From Bdellovibrionota bacterium (GTDB lineage Bacteria > Bdellovibrionota_C > UBA2361 > CALJRW01): a stretch of DNA of 64,000 nt. The stretch spans positions 64,001 to 128,000 of the forward strand of contig JBGSMD010000046.1 in the NCBI GenBank assembly GCA_041740355.1. The letters run 5' to 3'. Numbering within the stretch: position 1 is the first letter of the stretch; each line of letters starts with the position of its first letter. The notes under the pieces were generated by a model. The model made no database searches. It was not told where the DNA came from and was given only the letters and a program-made list of their open reading frames with translations. The position numbers and the translations under genes were made by a program. Shown here one piece after another: positions 1 to 9,440 of this stretch.

Positions 1-114
1 GATCCAATTCTGTTATTTTATAATCCATCTCTTGCTTGGATAATATCATTATTATTTCTATTGTTAGTAACATTTTTGTTACAACAATTCATGAGACATT
101 TTAGATAAAGATAG

Positions 115-2169
115 ATGTTCCCAATCAATCTCTCAGTAAAAAATAAGCCAATCCGACTGGGATTAATTTCCTTGATCCTCACATTTCTAATTAGTAACGT
201 TTTTTTTTCGGAATATTGGAGTAGTCCAGCAAAATTTTTTTTTAATGCTCAAGGAGATGGATTAAAAAATTATTTTACTGTGATTTATCATAGTAAATAT
301 GGCCAAGGTTGGAGTAGTCAAGGGTTGCATTATCCATATAGTGAAAGTATTTTTTTTATAGATGGGCTTCCCCTAATATCCTTTCCATTAAGTGTGCTGA
401 ATGATTTTTTTGATCCAACTACTAGTGCCATTTTTATAATCAATTTTCTACTATTAATTTCTACGCCCCTAGCTGCTTTTTTTCTATCACGAATTTTATC
501 TTTGCTACATGTGGGCTCTTGGATTAATCCTCTAGGCGCAAGTTTAATTGCGTTAATGAGCCCACAAATTTACAAACTTACGGGACATTATGGGCTAGGC
601 ATCAGTGTTTTAATTCCAGCTGCAATCTATCTTTTACTCCGAACCAGTAAAGTTAATGATAGTTTATTATTGATACTTTTGCTGAGCATTGCAGGTTTGG
701 TTCATCCTTATTTGCTTGGAATTATCTTATTATTAGCAACTAGCTATCTAATTTTTGCTAGCATTTACCAACTATTAAATTGGAAAGTTGCTACTGGAAT
801 TTTCATATTACTAGTAATTTTCAGCATTGTTTATGCTTTTTTATTAAAGTTAATTGATCCGTTTGTCAGTAGGGAGCAGTACCAAGTTGCTACTCAATTT
901 TTTTTAGCAAACTGGAAGACTCTCTTAGTTCCGTATGATTTGAGAAAATGGGGCGGCATAGCAGAAGGAGAAATTTATTTAGGTATAGTTCCAGTTTGTT
1001 TAGCCCTGCTAAGAATATCTCGTTCTAGTAATCAAGAAAAAGTTTTGATCTGGACTGGGTCAGTCATGATTATACTTAGTTTGGGATTGATTCCAATCTT
1101 GAATTCCATATTATCTGATTTACGTGCCTTGGCTCGGCTGTCTTGGGGGGCATATTATATTTTAGGACTACTCGCCGTAGTTCAGCTTATTCACTGGGCA
1201 AAGCAAGATCGAGTATGCCAAGGATTAATGTTATTTTGTATCTTATTGTGGGGGTTTGACGTCACTCGGTACTTGCAACACGTACAGCAAGTAATTTATG
1301 TGGGAAGAGCTAAGGTTGCTGACTTTAATCTGCAATTACCAAATGACTGGCATCAGAAATATCAAGGAATTATACCAATTCCCTACTATTCGATTGGGGC
1401 TAATTCAGTCTTTATTGCCCCACCATCCTTAAAATCTTTTTGGGATTCAATGCGTGTTTCAATAGCAATCGGACCAGGTTTAATGTCCCCTTTTTCTGCT
1501 AAAGGTGCCGATAAGGAATTTGCTGAGTTGGCAGGGATTGTTGCACATCCATTAAGTCAACGAAAAATTCTAGATAAATTAGATTCTCGTCCACTGTTGA
1601 TTGTCCAAAGTTCAGCTGCTGTTAATGAATCAGAAAATATTTTAATCAATTCTGCCAAAAAAATTGAGTTTGCGGATCCTACCTTGCAATTATTTGAGAT
1701 TACTCCAGCAGAACTTAGGCAACAGAGCGCCTCATTTACATTTAATGATTGTCAGTATGATGATGTAGTTTACCAAAACTTTGATCAAAGTAATGCTATA
1801 GGTTTTATTGGAGTAGGTGGACTCTTTATGCCAGCAAGAAATGTAGTTTTATTTCAGGGTTTAATCCGGAAAGATTTTCCATTAGAGATTTCGCTCTGGG
1901 TTAAAAATTCATATCGTAATGATCTCAAGCTAGTTGTCGAAGCTGGAGGACTCCTTAAAGAGCAGCTAATCCCAAATAGTGTTGAGCGAGTAGGAGATTG
2001 GGTGCGATTAACAGTTAATTTGCCGGCTCCAAAGCAGGAGCAAAATTTACGAGTATGGTTAACAGGTGAACCTACTGTCATTGATGAATTTCTAATCAGA
2101 CGTATTGGCACAACAATTTGTCGAGAGGATCACCTCAGCTTAAATAATTATCCCCTAAACCTTAAATAG
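115..2169 (+). CDS. Polytopic membrane protein, probable GT-C-fold (YfhO-like) glycosyltransferase with C-terminal soluble domain
   Basis: 684 aa; about ten hydrophobic segments in the N-terminal 380 aa, first loop with GDGLKNYF / YPYSESIFFIDG, soluble C-terminal part. Confidence 0.55.
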   Translation: MFPINLSVKNKPIRLGLISLILTFLISNVFFSEYWSSPAKFFFNAQGDGLKNYFTVIYHSKYGQGWSSQGLHYPYSESIFFIDGLPLISFPLSVLNDFFDPTTSAIFIINFLLLISTPLAAFFLSRILSLLHVGSWINPLGASLIALMSPQIYKLTGHYGLGISVLIPAAIYLLLRTSKVNDSLLLILLLSIAGLVHPYLLGIILLLATSYLIFASIYQLLNWKVATGIFILLVIFSIVYAFLLKLIDPFVSREQYQVATQFFLANWKTLLVPYDLRKWGGIAEGEIYLGIVPVCLALLRISRSSNQEKVLIWTGSVMIILSLGLIPILNSILSDLRALARLSWGAYYILGLLAVVQLIHWAKQDRVCQGLMLFCILLWGFDVTRYLQHVQQVIYVGRAKVADFNLQLPNDWHQKYQGIIPIPYYSIGANSVFIAPPSLKSFWDSMRVSIAIGPGLMSPFSAKGADKEFAELAGIVAHPLSQRKILDKLDSRPLLIVQSSAAVNESENILINSAKKIEFADPTLQLFEITPAELRQQSASFTFNDCQYDDVVYQNFDQSNAIGFIGVGGLFMPARNVVLFQGLIRKDFPLEISLWVKNSYRNDLKLVVEAGGLLKEQLIPNSVERVGDWVRLTVNLPAPKQEQNLRVWLTGEPTVIDEFLIRRIGTTICREDHLSLNNYPLNLK

Positions 2170-2385
2170 TACAGTGGCTTATCAATAACTTTAACCTTAC
2201 TTTCTAAGGTTAAATACCGCTGCGAATCCCTTGGGGCGCACTAAGCACTTCTTGCTTGATGTCCTTGGCAAATAAACGAAACGCTATTTTCAGTCTCATT
2301 ATGTATATTTAAGTCTATATACTTAAATTTTCTTTAAAAAGGGCATTTATTTTGCTTAAGGATTGGATTTTAATATAATTCTAGA

Positions 2386-3459
2386 ATGTTATCTCCAATC
2401 GTGTCTGAGCAAAATAGTGTCTTAGGTTGTCAACTATCTCCTAGTTCCGTGTCATTTGTAATAGAAGGGCAGCAGTTTCAATTTTGTTCTGTGGAATCAG
2501 ACCTTATTATCAAGGCACGTTCGATCATCAATAAACCAAATACTCTAGAGGTTGATTCCTATTTTCATTCACTACTAAAATTTGAACGATTAATTGATCT
2601 TGTAGCTTCTAAGCAAACTCTTACTAAAGGGCAATTATATGTGAATGGGCTCCAATTAAATCATGAAAACGCTGAGTATTTTGATCATGTTATTTGTCAG
2701 GTGACTGATTCCTTAGTTCCAAAAATTCTTCCTAGTAGTTATGAAAAGATTTTTACATTTAAAGAAGATCTACAGGGAGTTTTTAAAGTTACGATAGCAT
2801 CTGAGTTGTTGCTGAGTTATGTTTTTTTAAGATTTCAGGAACACTATGAGTCACCTGAATTTAAAAATCAGGTTTTTAGTAGGAAGGAATTTGTAGATTG
2901 GTATACGGCGGATCAAGGTGCCGGGCTTAGTTTTACCTACTATCGTGATTGGGCTGGTTTTAATTTGCCATCAGAATCGCTGCGATCATTTTTAAATTGT
3001 AACTTTAACGATATTTTGCCGGGAGAAGAATTTTTGATTAAGGGTTTCGAAAGTGTCTTTGCTGAGCAGCGCGATCGATTTTACGTAATTGGCTTGGCGG
3101 AAACAAGTTTAGACTGGACGTATGAGCATGAACAAGCACATGCTTTGTATTCCCTAAATGCTAATTACCGAACAGAGGTAAATATAATTTTAGATTCGCT
3201 ACCTGAGAATTTAAAAGAAATCTATCAAACTCGATTATTAGAGATTGGTTATGATGATGCTGTGATTAAAGATGAAAGCCAAGCTTACTTAATCCATCTC
3301 AATCAAAACCACTATGTGTTTAATTTGCAAAAAGACTCCACTGAGTATCAATTACTTACTCCATTTCACAAAGCCTTAGCTGGGGTTTTTACTAAATACA
3401 AACAACAACTTAGTACTAGTATGGAATTAAACTCGGCCGATCTTCCTGCATTAAATTAG
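2386..3459 (+). CDS. Hypothetical protein with HExxH motif (possible zincin-like metalloprotein)
   Basis: 357 aa ORF; YEHEQAHALY plus downstream DESQAY. Confidence 0.45.
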   Translation: MLSPIVSEQNSVLGCQLSPSSVSFVIEGQQFQFCSVESDLIIKARSIINKPNTLEVDSYFHSLLKFERLIDLVASKQTLTKGQLYVNGLQLNHENAEYFDHVICQVTDSLVPKILPSSYEKIFTFKEDLQGVFKVTIASELLLSYVFLRFQEHYESPEFKNQVFSRKEFVDWYTADQGAGLSFTYYRDWAGFNLPSESLRSFLNCNFNDILPGEEFLIKGFESVFAEQRDRFYVIGLAETSLDWTYEHEQAHALYSLNANYRTEVNIILDSLPENLKEIYQTRLLEIGYDDAVIKDESQAYLIHLNQNHYVFNLQKDSTEYQLLTPFHKALAGVFTKYKQQLSTSMELNSADLPALN

Positions 3460-4291
3460 TACATTTAATCAAACTGTTTTTAACTTCGGCTTTTGTCCAA
3501 AAATAGATATCATTATGCCCCGAACTTTCTGAGCTTATAAAGAAGGATTGTTGGGGATTTGGATGGGCACTAGCAACATTTAGCCCTTGGTTGTGCGGGA
3601 TGACATTATCTTTTTCGCCATGTACTACAATTAAACAAGTTTGGTCCATTTTTTGAATAAGCGTTTTGACTGGAAAATCATAAATCAAAAATGGATGCAG
3701 AAATCCTAGAACAGGATTACTCTTAAGTGCAGCTTTTAAAGATTCAAATGGAGCATAAAGTAGTAGTGTTCCAACGGTATATTTATCGGCGATATAAGTT
3801 GCGGGGCCGGAGCCAAGGGAATTCCCAACAATAATTAATTGTCGGGCTGTTATCTGCTCTTTCTTTAAGATGTAATCAATAATTGCTTCGCCATCTAAGT
3901 AGAGTCCCGTATCCGTTGGCCAGCCAGTGCTTTTCCCATAACCACGATAATCAAATCCGTAGCTTGTAATTCCTAATTCTTGAAAATATTCCTGATAAGG
4001 GTAAAAGTTTGCTACATCTCCGCCATTACCATGAAAGATTACCGCAACTTGTTTGGAATTTGGAATTGGCAATCTCCAAGTCTCAAGATTTTTTTGATCA
4101 GAGGTTTTTATAAAGTAACTTTCAACGCCGTTTGGTAAAGTTTTTGGATCTCTACTTTTAGAATTAAAAATTGAGATTACTGCCCCAGGGAATACTTGAG
4201 GATTTTGTAGGGCGATGACAATCACTAGAATCACAAGGATGGATATTAACATTCGAAGAAAAATAGGTAGTGCCAAGAAGATTTTATTCAT
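3416..4291 (-). CDS. Alpha/beta hydrolase (ABHD17/BEM46-like), N-terminal membrane anchor
   Basis: FHGNGG, FDYRGYGKS, GNSLGSG nucleophile elbow, HGEKD, GHND. Confidence 0.85.
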   Translation of the reverse strand: MNKIFLALPIFLRMLISILVILVIVIALQNPQVFPGAVISIFNSKSRDPKTLPNGVESYFIKTSDQKNLETWRLPIPNSKQVAVIFHGNGGDVANFYPYQEYFQELGITSYGFDYRGYGKSTGWPTDTGLYLDGEAIIDYILKKEQITARQLIIVGNSLGSGPATYIADKYTVGTLLLYAPFESLKAALKSNPVLGFLHPFLIYDFPVKTLIQKMDQTCLIVVHGEKDNVIPHNQGLNVASAHPNPQQSFFISSESSGHNDIYFWTKAEVKNSLIKCTNLMQEDRPSLIPY

Positions 4292-4384
4292 ATTTAACGT
4301 AGAATACTAAATGATCTTGAAAGTAGGAACGAGCATTAATCTGAAGATTTGCGGCATGCCTTTCAAACTAAATATAGCAATCAA

Positions 4385-4481
4385 GTTACAACGTAACAAT
4401 TTATAATACTAAATATTTCTTTATAACTAACTAAAAATTCATTATAAATATTGTCTTCATCACCGTTTATTACAATGTAAC
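4385..4481. promoter_or_regulatory. Two copies of a palindromic operator-like site GTTAC-N3-GTAAC
   Basis: GTTACAACGTAAC at 4385-4397 and ATTACAATGTAAC at 4469-4481, both followed by AA, in a divergent intergenic region. Confidence 0.45.
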
Positions 4482-4653
4482 AAGCAAATGTGAGATTAAG
4501 CTTAGGAACTATTCAATAATAATTATATAGCGCAACCAAAAGTATTTTTCATTTTGGCTTTGTTATCAAACTTGGGGAATCTAGATGAGCGAAGACGGAA
4601 GTCTTGCATAACTTCAGAAGATCCAAGAACTATTTATATTATTAGAGGAATGT

Positions 4654-5937
4654 ATGAGTACAAATGAATCCAATTTAGAAGTTTCTGAGAATGGAGGTTT
4701 TCTTACAAAACTACCAGCGATGCTTAGGATAGCTGGTGCTGGGGCAGTCGTCCTAGCAACTGTAACATTTTTAGTGCAAAGTTTAGATTTTGAATCACCA
4801 CTAAATCGAATCTTAAATTTTGCATATCTGTTACTAGCTGTCTTTGGATTAGGTATTGTCTGTAAGCTAATAATCCAAGAAATTAAAAGTACAAAAGTCA
4901 GTATGAGTCTGGGACTAGGAATGGTCCCAGTAATTGCTCTTCAATTAGGAGCTGTAATTTATACTACTGTAACTGATTTAACAAAAGTTTACCCAAAATA
5001 TTTAGCATACGATGGATTTGAAAATAATTTTCAAATATTTTTAGCAAGTGCTGGGATTTTGATTTTTGCAGGATTGACCATTGCTGCGATTAAAAGCTTA
5101 AGTAGCTTTAATGAAAAACCTTTTAGTAAATACTATTTACTTGGCTTGCTTACTTTAATGTTGCCACTGCGAGGGAATTTATTCACATTAATTCTTGCGG
5201 GTATTATATTACTAATTTGTACGTGGCAAGAAAGGGCCTATTTTCAAAAAGATTTGGCATATCAATCAAAAGAAGCGGCCTATCTAAGATTTTTACTTTT
5301 CGTGCCGGCTTTAATTATCTTGTTAAGAAACGTTGTGCTTTATGCAGAAGGTAATCTTAGCTTGAGTTTAGTTTTTGCAGGCTTTGCAGTAATTTTTGGT
5401 TTAGTTACAAGTCATCTAAAGCCAGAATATTTTGTTAAATCAAAATTAGTAGCAATCTCATGTGTGCTGACTTCTTGGATACTTTTAGTATCGGAATTAG
5501 ATCAAACAATTTTTGTTGATTATCGCTTTTATGTTGGATACTTACCAGCAATTTTGTACTGCTTAAATTTACAAGAACGTTTTCCTAGTGGAAAAAGTTT
5601 TCTAAATTTTTTAGCTAATGTTGGATTTGTGCTGATGATTGCTTCTCAACAAACAATAAATGGGGGAATGTTAGATACGTCAATTGCCTTAGCTCTTTGT
5701 ATCTTAGGAGCTGGATATGCTTGGACAGTTAAAGATAAATTAACATTATTTATTAGTTCAGCTACGTTTGTCTGCTTATTAACAAGCTATTGGGATTTAG
5801 TATTAAGTTTGTATAAATTAAATCCTTGGATGTTTATGGGAATAGCTGGAGTAAGCACTATCCTGGTGGCTTCCTATTTGGAAAAAAATCTCGATAAAGT
5901 TAAAGCTGTAGTAGGAGTGTTTAAGGTTAATAAATAG
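4654..5937 (+). CDS. Uncharacterised polytopic membrane protein
   Basis: 427 aa, hydrophobic throughout; AGAGG RBS upstream. Confidence 0.7.
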   Translation: MSTNESNLEVSENGGFLTKLPAMLRIAGAGAVVLATVTFLVQSLDFESPLNRILNFAYLLLAVFGLGIVCKLIIQEIKSTKVSMSLGLGMVPVIALQLGAVIYTTVTDLTKVYPKYLAYDGFENNFQIFLASAGILIFAGLTIAAIKSLSSFNEKPFSKYYLLGLLTLMLPLRGNLFTLILAGIILLICTWQERAYFQKDLAYQSKEAAYLRFLLFVPALIILLRNVVLYAEGNLSLSLVFAGFAVIFGLVTSHLKPEYFVKSKLVAISCVLTSWILLVSELDQTIFVDYRFYVGYLPAILYCLNLQERFPSGKSFLNFLANVGFVLMIASQQTINGGMLDTSIALALCILGAGYAWTVKDKLTLFISSATFVCLLTSYWDLVLSLYKLNPWMFMGIAGVSTILVASYLEKNLDKVKAVVGVFKVNK

Positions 5938-5955
5938 TTATTATTGTAAGCACCA

Positions 5956-5976
5956 GCCCCCTCTCGGGGGCATTTT
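5956..5976 (+). terminator. Intrinsic terminator-like hairpin
   Basis: GCCCCC-TCTC-GGGGGC followed by ATTTT, between convergent genes. Confidence 0.6.
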
Positions 5977-5996
5977 ACTCAAACAAATTATTTCCA

Positions 5997-6779
5997 TTAA
6001 AGGAGCGACTTTAATTGTTTTAGCATGCTAGCATAACTTTCTGTTTGCTTTTGCCAGATGAAAGTTTCCCTATTTTTTGAACCGCTTGTAAGTTCTGTAA
6101 TTCTTAAATCGGCTGGTATCTCGGAAATTAATTTGGTTAAAGGTTTTTGACTATTTAAATTGTAGGGATGCTGCTTCTCCAGAATCTGAGTGATTTGGTC
6201 AGCGTCTTTTTTCTCTCTGATTAGCTTTTCAGCTAATAAAATTGCCTTTTGATTTGATACAATTTTATCTTTTAGTAATTCCAAATGCTTCTCTAATTTT
6301 TGAATTTGTCTTTTGACTAAAGCTTGATAATTTAAAAGTCGATTTATCTCTAATTGCATGCCCGGGGGAAATTCTAAGCCTTCGGCTTTAATTAAATCAA
6401 TTATCTTATTGGAATAATTGGCAATAAAATAACAAATGAACAGTAGTTCATCATGCTGATAAGGATGTTTTTGCTCTGTTAACAAACGAATACTTTCAAT
6501 CAGCCCAACTCGGGTCAACTTGTAGCGAGGTTGTTTCTGGCGTGTTGATTTTTTAATATTTCCTTCAGTTTCTAAGAATTCAAGAAATCGTAGAATTTGT
6601 GTGTTGTGGATCAACTCTAGCCCATCAGTAAATGGTGAATTCATCCAGTCTAGAAAAAGATCAAGATAAAACTTTAAATCTCGTTGACGGAAACCTTCAT
6701 TAGCATAACAGGCGTGAGCTGTAATTGTTGCTGCTAGTAGATAAGTTTTAAGTCTTAAGGGTAGTGATTCTCCGCGCAT
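5997..6779 (-). CDS. Putative winged-helix (PadR-like) regulator with C-terminal helical region
   Basis: LRFLEFLETEGNIKKSTRQKQPRYKLTRVG fits the PadR-type recognition helix + wing pattern (L..LE..G.I...Y.LT..G). Confidence 0.5.
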   Translation of the reverse strand: MRGESLPLRLKTYLLAATITAHACYANEGFRQRDLKFYLDLFLDWMNSPFTDGLELIHNTQILRFLEFLETEGNIKKSTRQKQPRYKLTRVGLIESIRLLTEQKHPYQHDELLFICYFIANYSNKIIDLIKAEGLEFPPGMQLEINRLLNYQALVKRQIQKLEKHLELLKDKIVSNQKAILLAEKLIREKKDADQITQILEKQHPYNLNSQKPLTKLISEIPADLRITELTSGSKNRETFIWQKQTESYASMLKQLKSLL

Positions 6780-6901
6780 GCTGATTATTAATAAAGAGAG
6801 ATTGAAAGCTTGTTCTCTTACTAGTATTGTCTATTGTAGCTTCGGTGGAAACAGTAATTTTTCCTATCGCCGGATGTTTACTTGTAATTTTATCTCTGCA
6901 A

Positions 6902-7555
6902 ATGATTAAAAATTTAGGGACTTCAGCTTCGCTAGTTAGTGAATATATTTCTGAACTTAGAAATATTGAAATTCAAAATGATCGCTTAAGATTTCGCAGG
7001 AACCTGGAACGACTGGGATCGATTTTTGCCTATGAAATTAGCAAAGAGCTTTCTTATCGTAAGAAAAAAATTACTACACCACTCGCTGTTGCCGAGTGTC
7101 AGTGTTTAATCGAGCAACCAGTATTAGCAACAATTTTGAGAGCAGGTATTCCATTTTATCAAGGAATGCTGAATTTCTTCGATCAGGCTGATAGTGCTTT
7201 TATTTCTTCGCACCGAGTCTATAGCGAAGATCACTTAAAATTTCAGATTAAACTTGAATCTTTGTCCTGTCCAAAACTAGCAGATCGAGTCTTTATTATT
7301 GTTGATCCAATGTTAGCGACTGGGTCATCTTTGATTGATTCCTTGGAGGAGGTTTTTAAAATTGGAAAACCTAAAGAAGTACATATCGCTGCTATTATTG
7401 CGTCGGAGCAAGGAATCAAAAATTTAATTGCGAAGTATCCTGATTTTACTATTTGGGTTGGAGCGATTGATCCTGAGCTAAATGCCAGTTCCTACATCGT
7501 CCCAGGACTAGGGGATGTGGGAGATTTAGCTTTTGGAGCTAAGCTGCAAAACTAG
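6902..7555 (+). CDS. upp: Uracil phosphoribosyltransferase
   Basis: ILRAG, IVDPMLATGSS PRPP loop, YIVPGLGDVGD; likely start is ATG 6902 rather than TTG 6827. Confidence 0.93.
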   Translation: MIKNLGTSASLVSEYISELRNIEIQNDRLRFRRNLERLGSIFAYEISKELSYRKKKITTPLAVAECQCLIEQPVLATILRAGIPFYQGMLNFFDQADSAFISSHRVYSEDHLKFQIKLESLSCPKLADRVFIIVDPMLATGSSLIDSLEEVFKIGKPKEVHIAAIIASEQGIKNLIAKYPDFTIWVGAIDPELNASSYIVPGLGDVGDLAFGAKLQN

Positions 7556-7700
7556 TTAATCTTCCGCCCTAAAATCCCAAATCTTTTTACTATATTCATT
7601 AGAACTTAAATAAATAGCTCAAGGAAGTGAGTCTAATCACCGATTATCAAAGAGCATTACTAATAATTTTAGTTAGTAAGGTCTTTTAAATGATTTTATT

Positions 7701-8069
7701 ATGAACAGTCCGCAGCAAGATCGAGGCAAATCATTAGTTGCAAAGCTGGCCGATATACCTCCGGTTGGTGAGTTCGTTCCAGATGTTTCTCAGCCCTTTG
7801 TGATTTTTGAGATTAAAGATCAAATTTATCTACGATTTGGAAATAGCTCCCATGCGGGGGTAATGCTGGCCTTTCAGGCCGAAATTGCAGAAAAAGGATT
7901 GAAGTATACTGCCTTTGATCAGGCAATGGGACAAGGTTTTACTCATGGGGAAAAAGATGTTTTGGTGCTAAAGATTAAAGTAGCTTCCGGATTATTAGAT
8001 CTAGATGAGGTAAATAGGATGTTAATTACTAACCTCCCTGCCGGATCGTTTTTATTAAAAGAGGATTAA
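7701..8069 (+). CDS. Hypothetical protein
   Basis: 122 aa ATG ORF filling the gap; no motif recognised. Confidence 0.55.
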   Translation: MNSPQQDRGKSLVAKLADIPPVGEFVPDVSQPFVIFEIKDQIYLRFGNSSHAGVMLAFQAEIAEKGLKYTAFDQAMGQGFTHGEKDVLVLKIKVASGLLDLDEVNRMLITNLPAGSFLLKED

Positions 8070-8070
8070 T

Positions 8071-8488
8071 TTAATCACTTCTAGCTCCACGTAAGATTAG
8101 TGTAGTAGGAGGATTAGCTTTCTCACAATTGCTCACACATTGTGTCGTCTCAACAACAGTTCCACCACAAGCAACATAGCAAGTATTATAGAAAGCCCCA
8201 AAAAGTAGTTTCCTTTCGTAAATTACTTTTTGAACTTTCTATATATGAATACTGCTTATTTGCTTCGCAGATATCGTAATTCCTTAAGGCGCAATCCTCA
8301 CAATTTTGATAGCGCTGTTCTTCATTCCACTCTCATTGTTGTTGATTACTTTGACATTGATTAAGGCAAGAGTTGCCCTTAATATCACTTGGCGGCGAAT
8401 ATTAATGACTAGTTTGTTAAACAGGTCCACAAGCAAGGATTGTGATAACAGCTAGTAATAGGAATGAATTAAGCCTTAAGTTTAGCAT
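8071..8488 (-). pseudogene. Pseudogene of a Cys-rich lipoprotein (three in-frame stops plus a 55-nt palindromic insertion)
   Basis: Manual translation: MLNLRLNSFLLLAVITILACGPV*QTSH*YSPPSDIKGNSCLNQCQSNQQQ*EWNEEQRYQNCEDCALRNYDICEANKQYSY[insert]NTCYVACGGTVVETTQCVSNCEKANPPTTLILRGARSD*; lipobox-like ILAC. Confidence 0.75.
8188..8242. mobile_element. Miniature palindromic element (MITE-like), copy A
   Basis: 55 nt, termini ATAGAAAG/CTTTCTAT, internal stem AAAAAGTA/TACTTTTT; 49/55 identical to 58059-58113. Confidence 0.75.
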
Positions 8489-8490
8489 AT

Positions 8491-8637
8491 ATAGTAAACC
8501 CAAAAATGGATTTCCGATAAATAGATTAACTAAGACTTTTGCTGACCCTGATATTTTTTACCCTGAAGTAATTTAAGGATCTAAGTTTATAGATAAACCT
8601 ATGGTTTAACTCTGTTTTTTAAAGTTGGGTTTACTAT
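8491..8637. mobile_element. MITE-like element with 13-bp terminal inverted repeat
   Basis: ATAGTAAACCCAA at 8491 and TTGGGTTTACTAT ending at 8637; extra internal left end ATAGATAAACC at 8589. Confidence 0.6.
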
Positions 8638-8666
8638 TCGTCTTTTGGCTCCCACTGGTCGCTTCT

Positions 8667-8722
8667 ATAGTCATGATCTGTTTTATAATTTCCTAACGGA
8701 AATTATTTATTGGGATGACTAT
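8667..8722. mobile_element. MITE-like palindromic element
   Basis: CTATAGTCAT...ATGACTATAG ends and inner stem ATAATTTCC-TAAC-GGAAATTAT. Confidence 0.55.
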
Positions 8723-8821
8723 AGTAAACCTAGCAATTTTTAAGTGAAAAATCAGTAGCTATTTTCAAATCATTACTAACGGCTTAAACTAATTGTTAGA
8801 AAGTTTATTTTGAGAAAATCC

Positions 8822-9325
8822 ATGCGCATCTATATACCAATATTATTGTTACTTTTAAGCAATTCTTTATTTGCTGAGACTTCTTCGGCTGTTTCTGAGC
8901 TTAAAGGTTTGGGGAATGAAATTACAGGCACGGTTAGTTTTACTAAAGCTGTTCCAACAGGCGTTGATGTGAAAATTGATATTTCTGGTGTTACTCCTGG
9001 AGAACATGGTTTTCATATTCATCAATTTGGTGACTGTTCTGCCCTTGATGGTACGTCTGCTGGAGGACATTTTTCAGTTGGAGATCATCAGCATTCACAC
9101 CGCGAAGCTGCAAGTCGTCATGTTGGAGATTTAGGTAATCTCCTTGCAGATAAAGATGGAAATATTAAAGTTACATTTAACGATCCGCAGATTGAGCTAA
9201 ATGGAGAAAAAAGTATTGTTGGGCGGGGCCTAATATTACATGCTGACGCGGATGATTTTAAAACACAACCGACTGGTAATTCTGGTGCAAGGATTGCTTG
9301 TGGTGTAATTGGAATTAAGAACTAA
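8822..9325 (+). CDS. sodC: Periplasmic Cu/Zn superoxide dismutase
   Basis: Signal peptide, HGFHIH, SAGGHF, HVGDLGN, GNSGARIACGVI. Confidence 0.95.
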   Translation: MRIYIPILLLLLSNSLFAETSSAVSELKGLGNEITGTVSFTKAVPTGVDVKIDISGVTPGEHGFHIHQFGDCSALDGTSAGGHFSVGDHQHSHREAASRHVGDLGNLLADKDGNIKVTFNDPQIELNGEKSIVGRGLILHADADDFKTQPTGNSGARIACGVIGIKN

Positions 9326-9351
9326 GCATAATTCTTGATTCCATGTGATCG

Positions 9352-9415
9352 ATAGTAAAGCCTAGAATGAATTTCCGAAAAACTAATTCGGAAATTCCTT
9401 TCTAGGACTATCTAT
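9352..9415. mobile_element. MITE-like palindromic element between convergent genes
   Basis: ATAGTAAAGCCTAGAA...TTCTAGGACTATCTAT with inner stem GAATTTCCGAA/TTCGGAAATTC. Confidence 0.6.
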
Positions 9416-9440
9416 TGCTAGCGGAGTAGTTCTAAGTGGC

